Assembly (NCBI GenBank): GCA_015494395.1 | Contig: WGBG01000011.1 | Coordinates: 1-63,361, forward strand | Direction of reading: 5' to 3' | Length of the DNA: 63,361 nucleotides | Source of the DNA: Deltaproteobacteria bacterium | GTDB lineage: Bacteria; Desulfobacterota; Dissulfuribacteria; Dissulfuribacterales; QOAL01 | In this document: piece by piece, positions 26,727 to 38,423 of the stretch | Numbering within the stretch: position 1 is the first letter of the stretch | How the letters are laid out: each line of letters begins with the position of its first letter | Translations under genes and position numbers: made by a program | The notes under the pieces: model-generated | What the model saw: only the letters and a program-made list of their open reading frames with translations | What the model was told of the DNA's origin: nothing | Databases searched by the model: none

Positions 26727-27747
26727 GGAGTGATCTCATAACTTCCCTGATATCAATATTAACAGGACAGTCCCTTACACATCTTCCGCATCCTACGCAG
26801 GAAATCGGGCCAAACCTGTCGGGAAAGTACTTCATCTTGTGCATGAAACGGTTCCGTACACGCTGAATCTTCTGCCCTCTTGGATTATGGCCTGATGCGT
26901 GGAGGGTAAATAGAGGAAACATGCATGAGTCCTGACACCTTATCCGTCTCCCCTTTCCGTGAAGGGTCTCATCCTGAATATCAAAACAGTAACAGGTAGG
27001 ACATAAAAATGTACATGCTCCGCAGTTTATGCACCTGTCTGCAAGCTCCTGCCAGAACGGGGCATTGTAAAGCTCCATCAGGTCCTTTTTCCTAAGCTGC
27101 TCTTCAGGATTCCTTATCTCATCAGAACCTGATCTTGCCCTTTCCTCAAGTGCTTCAACTGCAGAGAAGTCCGAATCAGTGACCTCTTTACCAAACGATT
27201 CAGCCAGGGCCAGCAACTCCTCTCCACGCTCAGTCATGGCACGGGCTATATAACGTCCATCAATTTCGGTAAGAGATACATCACAACCTTCTGTTCCCAT
27301 TGGTGATCCGCCTGTTTCAGAACAGAAGCATGTTGAACAGACCTGGCTGCATGTAAGGCCAATAATGGCATTTTTATCCATGTTTGCCTGATAATATGTA
27401 TCTGCCTTGCAGGCCAAGGCATTAAGCCCTATGCTTCTTGCATCACATGGCCTTACACCAAATACCACGTTTTTTCTTCCGTTTTCCTCTGGCTCAGATG
27501 GCAGGCAGCAGTCAGGGTCTGTTGGGACAATAGAAAATTTGAGAAGTGTTTCCGGCTGGGGAAAAAGAAAATTTTTTACTGGTCTTGCCGGAACCCCCGG
27601 TTTTATTTCAGGCATGGAATAATCGGTAAGAAGTGTCCATGTACCCTTTGCCGGACCATCAGAGGCTGGAGCGTAAATATCCCTTTCCCCGGCCATGTTT
27701 GAAAGCCACTGTCCAATTGCGTTTCTGTCAAGTTTCAAGGCCTTCAT
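26692..27747 (-). CDS. 4Fe-4S cluster protein (FlxB / AsrA / hydrogenase-beta-like)
   Basis: CINCGACTFLCPTCYCFD and CVGCGRCVRDCP motifs. The start codon overlaps the upstream stop (TAATG). Confidence 0.65.
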   Translation of the reverse strand: MKALKLDRNAIGQWLSNMAGERDIYAPASDGPAKGTWTLLTDYSMPEIKPGVPARPVKNFLFPQPETLLKFSIVPTDPDCCLPSEPEENGRKNVVFGVRPCDARSIGLNALACKADTYYQANMDKNAIIGLTCSQVCSTCFCSETGGSPMGTEGCDVSLTEIDGRYIARAMTERGEELLALAESFGKEVTDSDFSAVEALEERARSGSDEIRNPEEQLRKKDLMELYNAPFWQELADRCINCGACTFLCPTCYCFDIQDETLHGKGRRIRCQDSCMFPLFTLHASGHNPRGQKIQRVRNRFMHKMKYFPDRFGPISCVGCGRCVRDCPVNIDIREVMRSLLNFHDMGSVTP

Positions 27748-28793
27748 TACCTGTCCCCTCCCTTCTCAGACTTCTCTGTAAGGACAAATCCCTGGGGATC
27801 AGCCGGGTTGTACGTGGTAAGGGGCAGGGGTTCATCAAGTGACATTCCTGCCTCGCTTCCATACATTTCAAGCACGTCCTTGTTGAGTTTTTTGGTAAGA
27901 AGCCTCATTGGAATCCCCACTGGACAAACGCTTTCACACGAGCCGCAGTCAGTGCATCTGCCAGCACAGTGATAGGCCCTGAGTATGTGGAAGAGCATTG
28001 TGTCTGTCTGCTCTGTACTCTTTCCAACCCACTGGGGCCTTGAGTCATCAACAAAACAGGTGGGGCAGTAACAGAGCGGGCATGCGTTACGGCACGCATA
28101 ACATCTTACGCATGAAGAAAATGAATCAGCAAACCAGTTCCAGCGTTCTTCAAGTGATTTGTGCTCTATCTCATCAACCTGGGCAAAACGGTCCTGAACC
28201 TGGCGCTCACCAGCAGGATCACCAATAAGGATGTCGTAAATTACAGGGTCAGGATGTACGCATGTCTTGCAGTTATCCCTTACCACGTCCCATCGGTTAA
28301 GCTCCTGCTCAAACCCCTCACCGCAGATTTTAAGGGAATGATCCTCCTCAATGCAGGTCTGAATATCCCTTTCTCCAACAGCCTCCTTTACCTTGCGGGC
28401 GCTTACCATACCCCTGCTTGGAACACCCACTATTACCACCCTGTCCCGGTCAACCTGATTCTCCTTTATCTGTACAACGATATTCCTTGACCAGCATCCT
28501 GTGGCAAGAATGCCAACCTTTGGGAGAGGGCCTTCAGGGGGAGGATCACCAGGCCGTCTTGGCGGTTCAAATGATTTCAGCAGGGCCGGAAGGTAGTTTG
28601 CAAGGTTCAGAACACAGAAACTGTTCCATACCAGTCTGGAAGCATCCTCCTGCTTTCTGGCCACAAAGGGCCTGACGCTCATGGGAAGGCTTCCGGCCTC
28701 ATATCCAATAAAGGCTGCCACTTCACCTGTTGAAAGAAGCCGTTGAGCCTCGGAGCGTATCTTCTCTGTAATCTTCTCGTTTACTGTTGACAT
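27747..28793 (-). CDS. 4Fe-4S cluster protein (FlxC-like)
   Basis: CVRCYACRNACPLCYCPTCF and CTDCGSCESVCP motifs, in a cluster context with MvhD and HdrA. Confidence 0.65.
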   Translation of the reverse strand: MSTVNEKITEKIRSEAQRLLSTGEVAAFIGYEAGSLPMSVRPFVARKQEDASRLVWNSFCVLNLANYLPALLKSFEPPRRPGDPPPEGPLPKVGILATGCWSRNIVVQIKENQVDRDRVVIVGVPSRGMVSARKVKEAVGERDIQTCIEEDHSLKICGEGFEQELNRWDVVRDNCKTCVHPDPVIYDILIGDPAGERQVQDRFAQVDEIEHKSLEERWNWFADSFSSCVRCYACRNACPLCYCPTCFVDDSRPQWVGKSTEQTDTMLFHILRAYHCAGRCTDCGSCESVCPVGIPMRLLTKKLNKDVLEMYGSEAGMSLDEPLPLTTYNPADPQGFVLTEKSEKGGDR

Positions 28794-28798
28794 GGCCT

Positions 28799-29236
28799 CT
28801 ATCCTATTCTCTTCACAAGACGTGTTGACGGCCCCAGTTTTTTCACCTTGTCAGTTACTTCCTTAACCACCTCTGCAAACTGTTCACCTTCTGAGGCTGA
28901 AACCCAGGAAAAATTCACCCTGCCCGGTTCAATTCCTACAAACTCAAGCAGATTATTAAGCAATGCAAACCTCCGCCTTGCAAACAGGTTTCCACTTATG
29001 TAATGGCAATCTCCAGGATGACAGCCGGAAACCAGCACTCCGTCAGCACCTGAACGCAGGGCGTCAAGTATCATGTTGGCGCTCACCCTTCCGGAACAGG
29101 GCAGGCGGATGATTCGAATATTGGGTGGATACTGAAACCTGCTAACGCCTGCAAGGTCAGCGCCTGCATAACTGCACCAGTTACACAGAAACGCCACTAT
29201 CTTGGGCTCCCAATTTTTTTCAGATGTTGTTCCCAT
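28799..29236 (-). CDS. mvhD: Methyl-viologen-reducing hydrogenase delta subunit-like protein (MvhD/FlxD)
   Basis: FLCNWCSYAGADLAG..RIIRLPCSGRV..VLVSGCHPGDCHY is the canonical MvhD cysteine pattern. All positions are Cys; there is no in-frame TGA. Confidence 0.85.
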   Translation of the reverse strand: MGTTSEKNWEPKIVAFLCNWCSYAGADLAGVSRFQYPPNIRIIRLPCSGRVSANMILDALRSGADGVLVSGCHPGDCHYISGNLFARRRFALLNNLLEFVGIEPGRVNFSWVSASEGEQFAEVVKEVTDKVKKLGPSTRLVKRIG

Positions 29237-29359
29237 TTATTTCACCATATTCAGTTATTAACTGACTAATGCGTATTTGCTGACTCTACCCGGGCTGTTC
29301 AATCCAGGAAGCGCCCTGGAACTCTGGCTGGATCAAGACCGTGTGACCCAACCCCTCCG

Positions 29360-32300
29360 CTACCAGTTGTCCATTATAGTCTCAAGCTCTGCCATTATCT
29401 GTTCGTTACCCATGTTTTTAAGGGTAATGGCATCGGAACGGCAGCCTGCCACACAGGCCCCGCAACCCTTGCACATTGCCTCGTTGACAACCGCCTTTTC
29501 AGTTGCCTCATCAATGCTCACCGCATTGTACGCACATACTTCTGTACATACGGCACAACCTGTACATTTGCGCGGATCAACCTGGGCTGTGATACTCTCT
29601 GCAGGTATCTCATCCTGGGACAGCACTATGGAGGCCCTTGAGGCTGCAGCCTGGGCCTGGGCTATGGTCTCATCCATGGGCTTTGGATAATGACACAGTC
29701 CAGCCAGGAAAATGCCGTCTGTTGCAAAATCAACCGGCCTGAGCTTCATGTGTGCTTCCATAAGAAAACCGTCTGCCCTGATGGAGCACTTGAAGAATTT
29801 AGCCAAATCATGAACATCAACCTTTGGCCGAACTGCAGTGGCAAGAACAAGCATGTCAGGATTAAGCTCCACCTCTGCATCAATGATGGGGTCCTTCACC
29901 GTTACCTTTATGTTTCCACCCTCTTCAGTAACAGCCGGAAGGTTTTCAAGGTCATACCTTATAAAAATTATTCCCTTTGCCCTTGCCTCCTGATACAGCC
30001 TTTCACGCTGACCGTATGTGCGTATGTCCCTGTAAAGCATGAAAATATCCATATCCGGATTGAGCTCTTTCAGTTTCAGGGCCTGATCTATTGCGTGGGT
30101 ACAACAAACCCTGCTGCAGTAGGGCCTTTCCGGTACACGTGAACCAACACAGTGGATAAACACCGTCTGGTTAATGCCTGAGAGGGAACTGTCTTCTGCA
30201 ATGAACTTCTGATCAAGTTCAAGAAGGGTATGAACATTGGGATTTTTGCCGTACAGGTAGTTCCATCTGCTGTCACTGTCAGGTTTGAATGACCCTGCGC
30301 CAACTGCAATTATTGAGACACCGTGTTTAAGCTCGGTTCCGTCTGTAAGAACAGTTGTAAAATTTCCAACAGAACCCGATACCCCCTTAACGCTCACACC
30401 GCATTTAAGGTCTATGTTTTCATGGGATTTTACAGTATCAACAAGGGAGGCAAGATAATCCTGCACCGGGTTACCCTGCCAAGTGCGGTAAAATTTACGG
30501 GCATGCCCGCCTATGTCGTCCTTTCGTTCCACCAGGGTTACAGGAAATCCCTGATCTGCCAGTGATACCGCTGCTGTCATTCCTGCAACACCTGCACCTA
30601 TAACAAGTGCGGACTTTGTAACCTTTACGCTGTTATACGGAAGAGGCGCATCTCCTCTGACCTTTGCAACCGCAACCCTTATCAGGTCCTTTGCCTTTTC
30701 CGTGGCTGCCTCCGGTTCGTTCTGGTGAACCCATGAATCCTGGTCACGGATATTGGCCATCTCAAACAGGTATTTGTTTATGCCTGCATTTCTCAAGGTT
30801 TCCTGGAAAAGCGGTTCATGGGTTCTGGGCGTGCATGATGCAACAACAACCCTGTTAAGCCCCTCTTTCCTGATGGTCTCCTCCATCTGGTCAATGGTAT
30901 CCTGTGAACATGTAAAGAGGTTGTTTTGCGCAAGAACAACTCCTGGAAGTGTCTTCGCATATTCAGTAACCGCCTCTACATCCACAACGCTGGCAATGTT
31001 AATTCCACAGGAACAGACAAAAACACCTATCCTGGGAGGCTCGGAATATACGTTCTTTTCCGGGGGATATTCCTTTTTCTTTGTATCCTTCCAGCGTGCC
31101 GGGGCGAGTATGCGTCCTGCCTCAAGTGCCGCTGCGCTTGCCTCCATTACAGACTGGGGAATATCCTTTGGCTCAGCCGCTGCACCGCATACAAATACGC
31201 CGTTACGGCTTGTGCTTACCGGTTTGAATGGATCAGTTACAATAAACTTGTCTGCATCAAGGCTAACACCAGCCTTTGCTGCAAGCTCTATTGCCTGCTG
31301 TGGCATCTCAAGCCCTACTGAAAGGACAACAAGATCAAAATCTTCATACCTTATCTCACCGTCCTCACCGGCATATCTGACCCTGAGGTTATCATTCTCT
31401 CCGGATGGAAGCACCGAGTGTATTCGTGCCCTGTGAAATTTTACCCCTTCGGAAGCTGCACGGTTATAGTACTCCTCAAACTCCTTGCCATGTGTACGCA
31501 TGTCCATGAAAAAGATTGAGGCATCAAGGTCACCGCTTTCAGAATGCTCTCTTGCAATAACTGCCTGCTTTATTGCATACATGCAGCACACAGATGAACA
31601 GTAACCGTGACAGGCCCTGTTTATATCCCTTGAACCTACGCACTGGAGCCAGGCAATCTTCTTTGGTTCCTTTCCATCAGAGGGCCTTTCCATGTGGCCC
31701 ATGCATGGACCTGAGGGGCTTAAAAGCCTTTCAAACTCCATGGAGGTCACTACGTTCGGAAGCCTGCCGTAGCCTGTATAGTCCAGTCTTGAAGGGTCAA
31801 AGGGCTTGAATCCCGGGGCCATTATGACAGATCCAATTTCAAGCATATGCTCAGTTGGCTTGTCGTCAAAGTTGATGGCCTTTGAAGGACATACCTTTTC
31901 ACACATGCCGCACCTGCCTGGCTTGTTAAGCCAGATACAGTGCTGGGCATCAATGGCATATTTCAGGGGAACTGCCTGGGGATATTTCAGATATATTGCC
32001 TTGCGCTTTCCAAGGCCCATGTCAAATTCATTAACCACCTTTTTAGGGCACTTTTCAGCACATGTTCCACATGCAATACACTTTTCAGGGTCAACATAAC
32101 GGGGATTCTGCTTTACAACAGCCTTGAATGAACCCGGCTCACCCTCCAGGGAGACAAGTTCTGACAGTGTAAGCAGGTTTATATTAAGATGGCGTCCGCA
32201 TTCAACAAGCTTTGGAGAAAGGATACAGGCGGAACAGTCATTGGTTGGAAATGTCTTGTCAAGCTGTGACATTCCTCCACCAATGGCAGCACTCTTTTCA

Positions 32301-32440
32301 ACAAGATGCACATAGAAACCGCTGTCTGCCAGGTCTAGAGCAGCCTGTACCCCTGCAATTCCGCCTCCAACAACGAGAACGCTGCCGGAAACCTCTGACA
32401 AGGCACCTGTGTTTCCCTGCTGATTTTTTTTATTACTCAT
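29360..32440 (-). CDS. hdrA: HdrA-like FAD/Fe-S oxidoreductase containing two tandem HdrA-type modules
   Basis: Module 1: VVGGGIAGVQAALDLADSG, TNDCSACILSPKLVECGRH, two CxxCxxCxxxCP motifs, WLQCVGSRD..CSSVCCMYAIKQA. Module 2: GVFVCSCGINI, VIGAGVAGMTAAVSLADQG, IHCVGSRV..CSRVCCTHAIDQA, then a C-terminal 2x[4Fe-4S] (CTGCAVCTEVC, CKGCGACVAGC). Confidence 0.85.
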   Translation of the reverse strand: MSNKKNQQGNTGALSEVSGSVLVVGGGIAGVQAALDLADSGFYVHLVEKSAAIGGGMSQLDKTFPTNDCSACILSPKLVECGRHLNINLLTLSELVSLEGEPGSFKAVVKQNPRYVDPEKCIACGTCAEKCPKKVVNEFDMGLGKRKAIYLKYPQAVPLKYAIDAQHCIWLNKPGRCGMCEKVCPSKAINFDDKPTEHMLEIGSVIMAPGFKPFDPSRLDYTGYGRLPNVVTSMEFERLLSPSGPCMGHMERPSDGKEPKKIAWLQCVGSRDINRACHGYCSSVCCMYAIKQAVIAREHSESGDLDASIFFMDMRTHGKEFEEYYNRAASEGVKFHRARIHSVLPSGENDNLRVRYAGEDGEIRYEDFDLVVLSVGLEMPQQAIELAAKAGVSLDADKFIVTDPFKPVSTSRNGVFVCGAAAEPKDIPQSVMEASAAALEAGRILAPARWKDTKKKEYPPEKNVYSEPPRIGVFVCSCGINIASVVDVEAVTEYAKTLPGVVLAQNNLFTCSQDTIDQMEETIRKEGLNRVVVASCTPRTHEPLFQETLRNAGINKYLFEMANIRDQDSWVHQNEPEAATEKAKDLIRVAVAKVRGDAPLPYNSVKVTKSALVIGAGVAGMTAAVSLADQGFPVTLVERKDDIGGHARKFYRTWQGNPVQDYLASLVDTVKSHENIDLKCGVSVKGVSGSVGNFTTVLTDGTELKHGVSIIAVGAGSFKPDSDSRWNYLYGKNPNVHTLLELDQKFIAEDSSLSGINQTVFIHCVGSRVPERPYCSRVCCTHAIDQALKLKELNPDMDIFMLYRDIRTYGQRERLYQEARAKGIIFIRYDLENLPAVTEEGGNIKVTVKDPIIDAEVELNPDMLVLATAVRPKVDVHDLAKFFKCSIRADGFLMEAHMKLRPVDFATDGIFLAGLCHYPKPMDETIAQAQAAASRASIVLSQDEIPAESITAQVDPRKCTGCAVCTEVCAYNAVSIDEATEKAVVNEAMCKGCGACVAGCRSDAITLKNMGNEQIMAELETIMDNW

Positions 32441-32573
32441 GAAATAATCCCCGAAATTTTCATGTACGTGAAGCCTGTCTGAATAATTTTTTTTAACTAA
32501 AACGCTCAGAACAGTACAAACAGGCCATTTCTTTAGTAGGATTTAATTTAATTGACTGAAAGTAATCAATAAA

Positions 32574-33806
32574 TTATTTATCGCGTACCAGGGCCTTTTC
32601 AAGCCAGTTCCACAGGTGGGTCGTCTTCCATTTACCCCCAAAGTGGCTGCATATATCAAGAACCTGGGTATGGCAGTTGTGACATGGCGTAATTACTACA
32701 TCTGCACCTGTGGCTGCCAACTGGTCAAATTTGATTTTGCCGTATTTCCTTCTGTTTTCAGAAAAACCGGCCTGAAGGGCGCCGCCTCCTCCCCCACAGC
32801 AGTAGTTATTTGACTTGTTTGGCCAGACCTCTATGAAGTTTTCCTCACCTGCAACCTGTTTGATTACAAATCTCAGGTCATCGGCAACTTCATCTCCAAT
32901 TCCCTGACGTACCAGCTTGCACGGGTCCTGAACGGTAAATTTCAGTCCTTCTGTATTCCAGGATGAATCAACCTTGATTCTCCCCTCCCTTATCCACTTG
33001 GCATAAAGGGTAATAATGCTTACAAATTCAAATTTGTGCGGGATATTAAATCTGCGCAACCCTTCCAGGGTCGCATAGTACATGTGGCCTCACTCAGTGT
33101 TGATATAATATCGCACCCCCAGGGCATCTACTGTTTCAGCCTGGTTCCTGACCGTCTTCTCCCAGTCTTCCGGATCCCCGGAAAACAGGCAATAGTTTGC
33201 TCCGTCCCACCATTTTGAGGAATATGTCCAGTCCACGCCTGCAACATGCAGTATTTTCCATAGCGGTACCATCTCCTCAGGCTCGACTGTTGGTTCCTTG
33301 GCATTCTGATTCAGATAAAATTCAGCACCCTTTTTATCTATTGGTGCCTGGAGATCAGCCCACTCAGGCTCATTTTCCCTTACTTCTTCAAGTACGTCGC
33401 CTACTACCCATACGAAATCATCATTGGGGATGCCGGTGCTGTTTGATTCTTTTTGAAGATCACAGGAACGCTGCAGGTTTTTGGGCCTTTTATCCTTTGG
33501 GCGCATACCCCTGAGCTCATAAACAAAACGTCCTACATTAATCTTCATGGGGCATGCATATTCACATCGCTGGCACATGGTACATGAATAAATCCAGTCA
33601 GTTTCCAGTAACTTTTCATCCTGGCCCAGTACCAGAAGCCTCAAAAACTTTCTGGGATCCATGTCCTCTATGCCAGATGCAGGGCAACCGCTTACGCACA
33701 TTCCACACGTAAGGCAGTAATCAATATGGGCATCAGGCACTGCCTCCTGCATGTGCTGCTTGAGTTTTGTCCTGAGTTTCCTGATTTCTAATTTTTGTTC
33801 AAGCAT
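32574..33806 (-). CDS. HdrD/GlpC-type Fe-S (CCG-domain) oxidoreductase. Proposed as a single 410-codon gene read through an in-frame TGA (candidate selenocysteine). The alternative reading is two coupled genes, HdrC-like 33090..33806 and HdrB-like 32574..33083
   Basis: The upstream ORF has CLTCGMCVSGCP and CTMCQRCEYACP and ends ..YYINTE-TGA (33090-33092). The same frame continues GGC CAC ATG into the downstream ORF, which carries an intact CCG signature: DPC-x39-CCGGGGG-x36-CHNC. A hairpin lies 15 nt after the TGA. Confidence 0.5.
33054..33092 (-). promoter_or_regulatory. Candidate bacterial SECIS: UGA followed by the hairpin GCGACCC-UGGAA-GGGUUGC(GC)
   Basis: mRNA sense reads UGA GGC CAC AUG UAC UAU GCGACCCUGGAAGGGUUGCGC. 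The stem is 7 bp including one G-U pair, the 5-nt loop contains GG, and the loop begins 23 nt after the UGA. Confidence 0.35.
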
Positions 33807-34120
33807 TATATCACTCCTGAGCGACTACTCCGGATTTATAAAACAGCCTGCTATATGTGCTTTAAAAGTCAGGTTTTGGTTAGCTGATCCCGGACGTAGT
33901 GGTGAAGACGGGCATAAAAAATCCAGGAACAAAACAAAAAACAGTGACCTGACTGCAGCTTAAAAACTGCCCACTTTCAATTAACTCATTCAGACAATGT
34001 TAGCAAGTGCAGTGTTGAAAAATGAGTTTTCAATTTTTGGGAAATTTATAATTCAAACAGGGGAGAAGGACGGTGATAAGAAAAAAAGTAGATCAGTTAA
34101 TGGGTTACAGATAACACTAT

Positions 34121-34162
34121 ATGGAATTGAGCGTTTCAAAATTTTAAAATGTTCAATCCACA
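34121..34162 (+). repeat. Family-B miniature/degenerate copy (B4)
   Basis: atGGAATTGAGCGTTTCAAAATTTTAAAATGTTCAATCCAca consists of both termini with almost no interior. I found no matching flanking duplication. Confidence 0.55.
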
Positions 34163-34170
34163 TCAAATTT

Positions 34171-34396
34171 TTTAACTGTTCAGCGCATTTATTCAACGAT
34201 GTTGGTAAATGGTCTTGTTTTTCCGTTCCAGAGAACAATTTCTTGTTTTTCTAAGGCTTGCTCCGCCAAAATCGCTAAACTCACTCGTACCTCGCTTAAA
34301 CAGACGCGATTTTATGACTGCGCTTCGCCAAGAAAAAATATGAAATTCTTCAAAGTCACTCCAAAACAAGACCATTTACCACGCTGAATAGATACC
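34171..34396 (-). mobile_element. Family-A MITE-like element, copy A3 (long form)
   Basis: tTTAACTGTTCAGCG ... GGTAAATGGTCTTGTTTTT ... AAAACAAGACCATTTACCACGCTGAATAGATACC. The flanks are AA(A)TTTT on both sides. It ends 8 nt from the gyrB stop codon. Confidence 0.8.
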
Positions 34397-34404
34397 AATT
34401 TTTT

Positions 34405-36828
<2,424 letters not shown>

Positions 36829-36874
36829 CTAACTGGTTAAAAATCTTGTTTTGCTCGCCCTGATTCAAGTTTTA

Positions 36875-38020
36875 TTACTCTGTTTCAAGTTGCATGGGCA
36901 TTATCAGACCCAAAAATCCCGGATCATCCTCCCCTGTAAGGAGACATGGCGAGTCCGAATTGTTAACCGTAAGAATCACCTCTTTTGAATCCATTACCAT
37001 AAGGGCGTCCATCATATACTTCGCATTAAAGGCAATTTCAAATGGCTCGCCATCGAATGTGACCTCTACAATCTCCCTGGCCTCTCCAAGATTTTTATCA
37101 AGTGATTCTATTTCCATGGCGCCCTGGGCAACAGAGGCCTTTACTCCCCTGAATATATTATCTGAGCATAACACAGAGATTCTTTTTAAGGCGTTATATA
37201 CAAGTTCTTTTTTGAATGTAAAAAACCGCTCCCGTGTTTCCGGAATTATTACCCTATAGTCTGGAAACGTCCCTTCAATCAGCCTGATTACAAGTTGATC
37301 ATCTCCGCTATGGACAAAGCAAAATTTTTCATCTACTCCAAGGCGGGCAACTTCCTTCTCCTCGATTATCTTTTTTATCTCCTGTGCGCCCTTTCGTGGC
37401 AGAATTATCCCCTTGGTAAGGTCAAAATGCTCTGAATCCACCTCTGATTCCATTAAACTTAAACGGTGGCCGTCAGAACTTACCATTCTGATAAGCGATG
37501 TGGTGGTTTCTGGATCAGACCCTTCATTTATCTGCTGTACAAAGATACCTGATAATGCAAATTTTTTCTCATCAAACGATGCTGAAAAAATTGTCTTATC
37601 TATAAGAGACTTGAGTGTATTTGAAGATATATCAGTATAATTTTCAGAGTTAATCTGTCTGAATTTTGGAAAATCGTCCGGAGGCAGGCCTCCAATCTTG
37701 TATTCCGCTTTCTCACCAGCGCCTATTGTAATCCAGTAATTGTCATCTTCCTTAAATTCGATCTCCTGAGAAGGAAAGTCCCTTATAATCTCATAGAGCT
37801 TTCGTGAATTAACCGTTACAGCTCCCTGATGCAGTATTTTGCAGGGTATTTTTCCCCGATAGCTGATTTCAAGATCTGTAGCTTCCAGAAACAAATTTTC
37901 GTCATCAGTATAAATAAAGACGTTATTGATTATATTCATGATCGTCTTTTTATCTACAATAGACTGCACTTTCTGGAGTGGCCCAACTATCTTTTCCCTA
38001 TCAACTACAACATGAAGCAT
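36875..38020 (-). CDS. dnaN: DNA polymerase III beta subunit (sliding clamp)
   Basis: 381 aa with a three-domain clamp pattern and a C-terminal ..GLIMPMQLE typical of DnaN. It lies immediately upstream of gyrB. Confidence 0.9.
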   Translation of the reverse strand: MLHVVVDREKIVGPLQKVQSIVDKKTIMNIINNVFIYTDDENLFLEATDLEISYRGKIPCKILHQGAVTVNSRKLYEIIRDFPSQEIEFKEDDNYWITIGAGEKAEYKIGGLPPDDFPKFRQINSENYTDISSNTLKSLIDKTIFSASFDEKKFALSGIFVQQINEGSDPETTTSLIRMVSSDGHRLSLMESEVDSEHFDLTKGIILPRKGAQEIKKIIEEKEVARLGVDEKFCFVHSGDDQLVIRLIEGTFPDYRVIIPETRERFFTFKKELVYNALKRISVLCSDNIFRGVKASVAQGAMEIESLDKNLGEAREIVEVTFDGEPFEIAFNAKYMMDALMVMDSKEVILTVNNSDSPCLLTGEDDPGFLGLIMPMQLETE

Positions 38021-38423
38021 AATTCTTCTCCATTATATAAAGACAAAAAATTATTATTATAAGGAATGTTTGTTTTGTTAATAAGTTTTTAACATGCTGA
38101 TTTTCAACATATATTTTGTGTTAAGGCTGTTAATAAGCAGCTTGAAAAAACTGTTACAAAAAATGAGCTTCAGAGGCAAAACGTGTTATTATCAAATTAT
38201 CAACGGCTTTATTAACAATAGTAGAAGCTATGTCTGATTTTGAAATTCTAACTGTTTGCGAAAAAAAAACAATGTAAAAATACGCTGAACCTTTCAAATT
38301 CAGGATTTGATATCCAGAGAGATTTTATGTAGGTGAGGTTTGTTTCCTTTGAGATTATTACTTTAATCCATAGAGGGTAACAAATCTTGTTCACTAATAA
38401 AAATTAATGGCTACAATTCTAAA
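38021..38423. other. AT-rich 403-bp intergenic region upstream of dnaN: dnaN promoter region and a weak oriC candidate
   Basis: Visibly AT-rich. The 9-mer TGTTAATAA occurs at 38076 and 38128 and inverted (TTATTAACA) at 38209. TTATCAAAT and TTATCAACG lie at about 38188-38204. There is no perfect TTATCCACA box. Confidence 0.25.

Noticed and set aside
29237-29359. The 123-nt hdrA-mvhD spacer as a possible small RNA or second SECIS.
   Set aside because: It contains only short hairpins (CCAGG..CCTGG, CAGTT..AACTG) and a solo family-B terminus. No in-frame TGA is associated, and MvhD has Cys at all conserved positions.
38021-38423. Calling this region oriC outright.
   Set aside because: There is no perfect DnaA box, no dnaA gene nearby, and no way to compute chromosome-wide GC skew from this window. 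I kept it only as a low-confidence candidate.
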